Below, piece by piece: positions 54,197 to 64,000 of a stretch of 64,000 nucleotides of DNA (within the stretch, counting starts at the first letter, position 1; every line of letters starts with the position of its first letter). Both the position numbers and the translations under genes were made by a program. The notes under the pieces were generated by a model. It was not told the origin of the DNA. It saw only the letters and a program-made list of their open reading frames with translations, and did no database searches. Location of the stretch: positions 17,794,001 to 17,858,000 of the forward strand of contig OZ059894.1 in assembly GCA_964057225.1 (NCBI GenBank). The letters run 5' to 3'. The DNA is from Auanema rhodensis (Eukaryota; Animalia; Nematoda).

Positions 54197-54256
54197 AATG
54201 GCATTTTTGATTAATAAAGTGAAGTATTAAGTTATATTATACATTTGATGAGACGT

Positions 54257-54473
54257 TTATGAAGGGCTGACGAACTGCTCGATACGGACACCGTCGCCGT
54301 TATTCGGTCCATTCATTATTTTCTTGACAAAATCTAGAAATATATATATATATAGTACAATTAAAACTAATAGTTAACATACCTTTGCCTTTATTGTGAT
54401 CCTCTTTTCTGGCGAAAACAGTATCAAACAAGTATAAGAAGAAAATGAATATACGTAGGAATCGTTCAAGCAT
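54257..54473 (-). CDS. Putative 55-aa secreted peptide (two exons)
   Basis: TTTTCAG immediately precedes the ATG. MLERFLRIFIFFLYLFDTVFARKEDHNKGK|DFVKKIMNGPNNGDGVRIEQFVSPS*. The intron is a canonical short GTATGT...TTTCTAG, and the N-terminus is hydrophobic, ending V-F-A. Confidence 0.6.
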
Positions 54474-55177
54474 TCTGAAAAAGCAAAATTGCTGACTGAT
54501 AGCAGCTAAAAATGGGCCAAAAACATTCAGAAGAGGGGAGGAGGGAAGACGTGGACATTACACAGAGGTCTAAGTGGTTAATAAGAGACTGTAAGATAGA
54601 TTGATAGATGGAACTGTCGGTATAAGAAGAGACGGACGACAATCGTTAGAAATGTTCAAAACATTAATACTGTTTATTGATTGTATTCGCAGTATTACAG
54701 CGAATCGGTGTGACCTTGTTTGGCGCGAAAAGAAAACAGAAGGCCCCAGCTATTGGCACACACGTGCTTACTACTCAACATACATATGCTTCATCTAAGT
54801 TAAGTACCTGATAACAGTGAAGACGCGGGAAAGACGGGAAGACCCGAAAGAATGTGGGGACCTGCTAGCCCGGCTGGTAAGAGACGGGCTGGTGTGTAAT
54901 CTTGTGACTGAATCTCTGAACAAGACAGACTCTCTCGTATTTGTCTTGATAATGGCCTGATATTCTGGTAGGCACGTGAATAAAATATGTTCTTAGATCA
55001 TCTTTTTCTCTGTTCCTTGACTAATGCCTGCATTCAACAAGTAAAAAAAAACTGAATGGATAAAAAAAATTTATATTTCACAGAATCACAAATGATGAGT
55101 ACCCATAGTCAGATGATGTTAATAGAGAAAAGGCATAATATCATTGAGGTTAGAACATTAATTACAGTCTTTGAAAA

Positions 55178-56305
55178 TCAATGATTAATAGTTTTAGTGC
55201 GAGATGTTCCCGTTCCTCTTCTGTTGGGATTTCTGTTGCGAGCATCTGATAAAGGCTTTTCCTTTTTTGCTGATGAACGGGCAGATCTTCTAAGAGTAGG
55301 AGGTCGCAGAGACACTGAAACGTGAAAGAAACTCTAATCAAAGAAACGATCTATTAGATATATTACCATCATCCTCACTAGTGGTCTCATCAGCAGTGGT
55401 TTCTACTAGATCCGAGATGTCGCCCTATAATATTCAGAGATTACTCATATCAATGTATACAGATATGATAATGAAGGATTTTTATCATACATACCCTTGA
55501 GGAGTTAAAAGGAGATCTCATAGAACCAGATTCATATAAAAAATTATCTTCACCGTGTGAATACTCTTGCAGAGATTCTTGCTTAACTAATCTAGGATCT
55601 AAAAACTTAAGATGAATTTACATTTCTCCATATACACATGCCATATACAAGAGGAGGTGGCGAATTGACAAAAGACTTTCTTCTCGGAATACAATTTGGT
55701 GTGTCATCATTATCACTCTAAAAGTATTTTATATGTGCTTTCTTAAGAAATGAAACCTCAACTTCAGAAGCTTCTTCCCTTCCTTGATAAAATGGTGACG
55801 GATTCTTAATGCGACCATTTATTTATAATAAAAAAAACAAATTTATAGCTACCTGACTAAAAAACAGTGGAGTCCAATCCATGATTGAAGAAATAAATAC
55901 AGCTATTTGTTTTCCGGCTCGTCTTTCATAGCGACTAATCATAGAACGTAATACCTCAAAAAACAGAATTCAACTGAACACCTTAAATAATTCATACTTT
56001 ATCATACATAAATTGAGCTCCTGAAGTATATGGATTCACACACCATATTAAAAACATGGTTTTGAACATTCCATAAAAAGGAATGAAGTGTGATAATAAT
56101 AATAGCTCTAAGAAAAAAGTAACTACATGAAAAGCAGCATATACAACCCAATATTTGAGCCAGCGAACCTAAACTTAGTAATTGCTAGAGGCAGAAAGTA
56201 GTTGTACCCTACCAAACTACCTTTAGTTCCTCGCTTAATGGCTTTGTAAGAATAAAACAAAGGGATAAATCCTCCCATAAACCCCTCGATAAGTTGAGAA
56301 AACAT
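55178..56305 (-). CDS. REEP/TB2-DP1/HVA22 family ER-shaping protein, divergent, with a low-complexity C-terminus
   Basis: IPLFYSYKAIK...|VRWLKYWVVYAAF...SHFIPFYGMFKTMFLIWCVNPYTSGAQFMYDK matches the TB2/DP1 domain. In-frame exons continue to ...GTSRTKTINH*. Internal exon boundaries are only partly verified. Confidence 0.8.
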
Positions 56306-56430
56306 TTTCCAATAAAGTGATTATCTCCTGCTATATAATAATGTAGCAAAACTGTTCTGATAAATATTACAAGGTACTCATGAAATCATGCATATATATA
56401 TGATTTCATTAATCTATTCGAATTCCTATA

Positions 56431-56521
56431 TTTTCCCGCGAAGTGAACTTAAAATTAAAGGGCGGCTACAAAGGGTCTCAACACTCATTGTAATTGGCAG
56501 TAAGCCAAACTTCTGACGTCA
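56431..56521. promoter_or_regulatory. E2F-type site and CRE palindrome in the divergent REEP-like / gsp-1 intergenic region
   Basis: TTTTCCCGCGAA at 56431-56442 and TGACGTCA at 56514-56521, inside a CpG-richer island between head-to-head genes. Confidence 0.35.
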
Positions 56522-57523
56522 GCGAAGGACGTTACGTGATGCGAAAATAATATGGCGACCGGATTACTATACGATGTTGCTCATATCTTTATCGTAATCT
56601 GTTTATCGTAGATTGTTAGCAGGGCCAGGTATCCTTCTTTAGTAATATGAAGTCGGTTTTCTTACACTACCAACAGTAAAAGAGTTGTACTTTTCACCTT
56701 TGTTCACATTTTCACCTTATCTTCACTTTCAAATTTTATATCGCATGTAATGGCTTGTTTCGAAGCTTAGTTTTATGCCTGAATTCTTATTATCTTCTAA
56801 TTTTTTTTTGGTTGACAACCTTAGGTAGGAAAGTTCCTTGCTTCATGTCTTCGATACATGTATCTTGTTATGTTTTTCGAAACAAATTTCTTGCACGTTT
56901 GTGAAATGTTTATGCCATACTAGGAATGAAACATCCTTGTGGCGTGAAATTTTTGCTTAAGTTTCTATTCACTATATTCGGTTTATTTAATCAATGCTTC
57001 ACCAAGTACCTCTCCATTCAGTCCTCAGTTATATTCGTGAATTAAAAAGCGAAAATTAAAAAAAAAATTATGGCATTAAAGTTATATATAACGTGGAACA
57101 TTACTTCTTTTTTCCAATGAATATTTGTTTCCATAGAATTTTTAATCAAAATGTAAAATATACTTTAATTTGCTGAATTTCAACTATTCCTTGACATCAT
57201 TTAAATTTGTCATTTCGTAATTTATTAATTATAATTCTATTAATAGTTCTTAAGAGTGATTCATGCTTTTTAAAACTCTGTATTGGAGTTATTACCACTG
57301 TAGAGGACGTGTGTCGCAACCTAATGTTGCGCCATATCGATCGTGCGTGTTTTGTGGCCGCTTCGCCTATTTTCGGCGCCACTATTATTTGAACAAAAAA
57401 TACTTTTTTTTTCTGGATTCTTTGAACTTATCTTGTTTTTCGTATTACCTTTACTTTTAATTTTAGCTAGTTTTTCCTAGCTTCTTCGGATCCTCACCTC
57501 CTGTTTGACGACAGTCCAGAGTT

Positions 57524-59004
<1,481 letters not shown>

Positions 59005-62000
59005 AAGATTGTCTTCCTATTGCTCTTATATAGACATCGTCAATGTTTTTCTTTGACGATGATGTTAAAACCATCTGCATTACGACTTACGACATTTTAT
59101 GTTTGGCTTATTTCGGCACTAAGTAGGGGACTCACTGGCTTTTTACCCTGAAAGCATATTTATTGTTTAATCCCTTCTTCATATGGCTCATAAGAAAGTT
59201 GGTGTCAAATTCTTAGGCCTATAATGAGAGTAGAGCCCTCACGGTATATTTGTTCGAAAATTGTCAAACTGTAAATTTATGAACGTTCTATACTATAAGC
59301 TGTTTTTGTGTTTTTAGTTCTTTGAAAGATAGCACTGCTATTTAGTTATATTTAAAAAAATACAATATTCTATGGATTCAATTTCAATGATGTATTTCAA
59401 TTCATTTTGTCAGAAAAAAGATCTTGTTTTCTTAAGTGATTTCTTTGATGAGAAGCTTTATTGAAGTTAGTGCACCTCTTGTCTTGTTTCCGACGTTAAA
59501 ATGACGATGAAGAAGGATACATTTGAGATTGATTCTACATATCATTCAAACGCCTATCTTTTCGTTATCAAAAGAAGAAGGAAAAAAAGCATGGGAAAAT
59601 TGTTGTTTGTGATAAGAGACATATGTCCACAATGTGATGGCAGAAGAATAATTGTGCTCTTAAATTCGTTAGGCTTTTTCAACTATTAGAAAATGGTTTA
59701 TAATCCTGAAAAGAGGAAAGTACTGATGTATTCGAATGTTTTATGATGATTGCAAAGCACTAGAAATAGTCTTCATCATTTATAGAAAAAGAACAACTTA
59801 ACCTAAAGAGCCTTCTATACTTTTAATTTCCGAAATCTTTATTTTCTGCAGTTTTATCAAATAAGTTTTTTCAGTAATTTTGAATAAAAATTTTGTTAGA
59901 AAATAAAGTAAGAGTTGCTATTCGTTAGGCAATTCGAAAAATTTTTGAAGCTTAAAGCAACTGCTGAACTCTCTAGATGTTCCATTTGTCAGAATACTAC
60001 TAGAGCAAATTATTAGATTATATTAATATATACATATACATATGTGTGTGTGTGTATGCGTAGTAAGATAATATCTTCAACTTTGAAAAAAAAATATTTT
60101 TAATAGGATTAAATAAATTTTTATTAAAATAATAAATCAATCATAGGTTAGATCTTAGAAAGTTGTTCCATTATGTTTTTTATTCGTCATTTATAGTTGC
60201 CTTTTTCATTGTGAGAAATAACTCAGATTAGTGCCATTAATGAGATTTAGCTGTCTATATGCCCCGAGGAGTTGTGAAGGTTTATTGGCTCTTGAAAGTT
60301 TTTCTTGCTTGATTAGTTTTGCTCCTACACATACACAACTTCAAAAATCATTCCTTGTCTCTCAATATCAATTCCTCTTCTACAACTTGCTGTTCTAGTT
60401 CTCTAAACGTTTCTTACAAGGCTGTGTGCCGATTATATTAACACGGATATTCTATTCCGAGAAACAACTACTGCCATCGCAGAGGCTGTCTTCCTATTCT
60501 TTCTCTTCTCCAAATTCTTTTCACATCCCTTTGATGTCAGTCACCGTGTTCGTCCATTCTGTTCTAGTGTGAATCATGAAAAGCTGATTTTAGCATCGCA
60601 TTCATCGGCTAGTGCAGTTGCTCTATAACTAGAAGAGAAGTGATGTCAAAAGTAGTAGTAGATCACAGAGAGTAAAGCATACGCGAACGAATAACGGAAG
60701 TTGAATAACGAGACGACGATTAGCAGCATGAGCAATAGCAAATGTCTGTTTTAAAACTTGCTTTTGCAACTGAATGTTATTGAAAAAAAATGGCTTAGGG
60801 CCGCTGTATAAGCAGACAGGTGGATAAGAAATATTTTCGAGAAGAAGCTGTACTTCATTCTTTTAATGGAATAAATAATATCTGAAGCTTTTGCCATTCT
60901 TCAACTGTTTATATCGAAATTTAAAATATTCCCTTTCTTCATTTGTCGATCATAGTCACTATATTCTTTCGAAGTTACGAGAAAAATGTTTTTGATATGC
61001 GGTGTAAACAAACAATTAGATGATTTTTAAAAGATTATTTTAAAGATTTCGTCCAGTAGAATGATTAACAAAAACACCAAATTGTCTAAAAAGAAAAATT
61101 TACAAAGAATTGGGAAGTAAAAGTAGAACAATTGAAAAAAACATTTTATATTCAGAAAAAGCTTCTTAGACTGTTTAGAAAATGTGTGGGGTATACGGAT
61201 GACTGACTGATGAGAAAAATGATTTAAACTCGATGACGGCGAAGCGACAGCACTCACCTCGTTTTTCCTTCGAATTCAATGAGATAGGAATTTTGATAAA
61301 TTTCTTCGCTCACTCCCATGATCGTTTTTATTTCTCTGCGAAAATTTTCAAAAGGGCGATTCTATGTACATATTGCTATAACAGAAAAATCATTGTAGAA
61401 AAGTCGTTAGATTATTGAAAATAATAAACTGAACAGTATTGGTAGAAATAGCATAACGAATGTAAATGATTTATATAATCAACATAGTTAAAAATTTATT
61501 TATTAAATGATTATTAGGCAGACAGTATGAATTAAGTACTAAATAAAGTCTTAAACTCAGAAAAATTTAGACATTTTTTCGATTTTCAATAAATTCTCCA
61601 GTGATTTTTGACTAATTTTCAGAAACTTTATAGCTTATTCTATTAATTCCAATTTTTCTTTTTCTTTTATTTGATATAAATGAAATGATTCATCTATGAA
61701 CAGTGCAACATTTGTGTTCATAACGTAAAAACTACGTGAGAGCAGTCTCCTCATTCTCCAAAGGCCAGACTTCAGAAACGGTTGTTTCTTGTTCATTCAT
61801 TCACATCTTCTTACTATCTGTATCTCGTACTTTCATTCCATATCTCTCTCTTCATTTCCCTCTATATTTCTCTTTTATCTTCCAAAATTTCTTTTATTTT
61901 CTATTATTTTCTAGTTTTGTACTTGTATTGTTAGCCACAACTGTGTGACGACAAACCGGCAATAAGGTCTATGCAGCATGTGACCGATCTACTAACAGAT

Positions 62001-62544
62001 TGTTATGGTCTCTATCAGAGATTTTTACTTATATCTTACATAATTTATTTTATCCTTTCTCACTTTCATTATTATTATTATTATTATATGAAACATATCT
62101 ATCATTTTAAAGGGATTCATACTATTTCATATAATATAAACGTTTACATCTGAAATAAAAAAGAAGTTTATATTCGAAATTATATGTTTGTTATTATTGA
62201 AATTTATTATAAATATTAATAAAATGAATTATTCTCAATATCTCAATATGATAAATATACAACTTCTTCATTTATAACATACTTATATGATATTGAATAT
62301 CATACCATATCTAACTTCAATCACATTTTAGAAAACTATAATTTATATCTTTTGAACTTTTTTTATTTTATCTTACAAATACAAAATATCTTATACTATA
62401 ATCTGTATATAATATTACGATTACATTCAAAATCTTTATAATCTCCTACTGTTATCCAAATTATCTTCTTAGACTGTGAAAGAATTTTGACTGCTCTACT
62501 AGTTTCTTCATTCAGCTCAACTTAATCCATCCTCTACTATTAAA

Positions 62545-62547
<3 letters not shown>

Positions 62548-62615
<68 letters not shown>
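62548..62615. repeat. Compound (CT)n(AT)n microsatellite
   Basis: Directly visible tandem repeats. Confidence 0.95.
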
Positions 62616-62618
<3 letters not shown>

Positions 62619-64000
62619 TCTTTCTATCTCCCTCTATCTCTCTCCATCTATCTCTATCTGTAGATATTTCTTTTTTTGTTGCCATTTTGACTTATCCCAC
62701 TGTATAAATGTAACAAGAACAGTTCAACAACTAGTTAACCAAATATGATTTTCTGACAAAATTTTTTTAAAAAAATCCATACTATTAATCATCCATTTCA
62801 GATATAACAACAATAGCATACAACCATATTTTATAAAATTCAGAAATATATTTTGTAAATACAGCTGATCACCATGATTCTGCTGTCGTCCGTCCGATTT
62901 ATTTTCATCGTCATCTTTTTTTTTTCAGCACGTTGTCTATATTTCGAATAAAAGAAAGAAATAGCTAAATAGTCAAAAGGAAAGATTCTTTGAATATTGA
63001 CTATAACTTTTATATTTTTTTGTTTTATTTTGAAAATAAAAAAATTATTACGTTGTATGCAGATTTTTCTCATCCATTCTCTTCTTGATAGCTTTTTTCT
63101 TTTTGTTTTCCGATATATTCACAACTTTAATCATTACTAATGATGTAAATATATTCAAAACTTGTTTGAGTTTTCTGTCTTACAGCAATTTTTCCGGAAA
63201 ATATGCTCGAGCAGTTTCAATTGAAGTCATTCAGATCTTTTTTAAAAGTTATATAAACAACCTTTAAGTTGCAACGATTCTCTTTTTTCCTTCTTCATAA
63301 CTTGTTGCATTTTCTTTTCTTATTTTCCTGCTCCAGTATATGTGTGCATATCTACAACTTCATTTTTCGGCTAAATTAAACTTCGAATAATGCTTCCAAG
63401 TTTGCTTGAAATTTCCTCTTTTTCTATAATTCAAAATCATTTTGGTCAATTTCGGAAATTCCTGGTCCAGGAAGCAAATAAACGCTAGATCAAATTTACT
63501 TCTATCATTATTTAAAAATTAATTTAAGGGAAATTAAATAAAATTTATTTTTCAATCACGTATTGCATGCTCATTCAAATTTCTAATTCATGATCATCTA
63601 TCAGTTTGATTGACTTTCTCTCTTATCAGGAAAAGTGAGCAGCTGTGATCCTTTCTTCCTCTCAATATTTCCTTTTCTTCTTTTCTGCTGTAAATTTTTC
63701 AAGGGGTCGTGAAGTGTACATGAAGTTTTGAGCCAAAATATGGTGGTTTTTGATGAAGAAGAGAATCGAGTACTCATCCATCAAAACCACAGAAATTTGA
63801 ACATTTTTCTGCAGACGAATGACAGAGGGGGGTAATTTTCAATAATTTCTTATAAATTTGTTTTCATAAGAAAAAATAATAATAGTTTGCAAAATCATAG
63901 AAATTGGTCACTAAATCGAAGGCGATTTCTCAGATTCTGACTAAACAACAACTGGTTAAATCAGTTTTGCGATCTCTTCTTACCTCATACACTTTCACAT

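Noticed and set aside
59214-61520. Scattered TTAGGC hexamers as telomere-addition or DNA-elimination sites
   Set aside because: They are isolated single copies with no tandem array, and I cannot verify an elimination motif from memory.

Overview
AT-rich eukaryotic DNA, almost certainly from a rhabditid nematode: TTT(T)CAG-type splice acceptors, many ~45-60 nt introns, an Srt chemoreceptor, a TWK channel and gsp-1. The ORF track mostly misses the genes because they are heavily spliced; I assembled the exons by eye, so boundaries are manual estimates. The left part (1 to ~43 kb) is gene-sparse and microsatellite-rich. It holds an srt GPCR, a TWK two-pore K+ channel with a very long QT-motif tail, a PLEKHD1-like PH/coiled-coil protein, an unknown S/P-rich protein, a CRAL-TRIO/GOLD protein, two single-pass PPxY membrane proteins and a transmembrane-less Cys-loop receptor ligand-binding domain. 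The right part (~44-59 kb) is gene-dense: a GRB2-like SH3-SH2 adaptor, an ankyrin protein, a probable Zwilch-Mis12-HDDC2 operon, a 55-aa secreted peptide, a REEP/TB2-DP1 protein and PP1-beta (gsp-1). The best leads are the ~30 TQT-like (LC8-type) motifs on the K2P channel, the secreted pLGIC domain with its Cys-loop collapsed to CxxxC, the putative kinetochore operon with a CDE-CHR promoter and Ur-like elements, a required non-AG splice acceptor, and an orphan ~77-nt hairpin. No tRNA, rRNA, CRISPR array or autonomous transposon was recognised.
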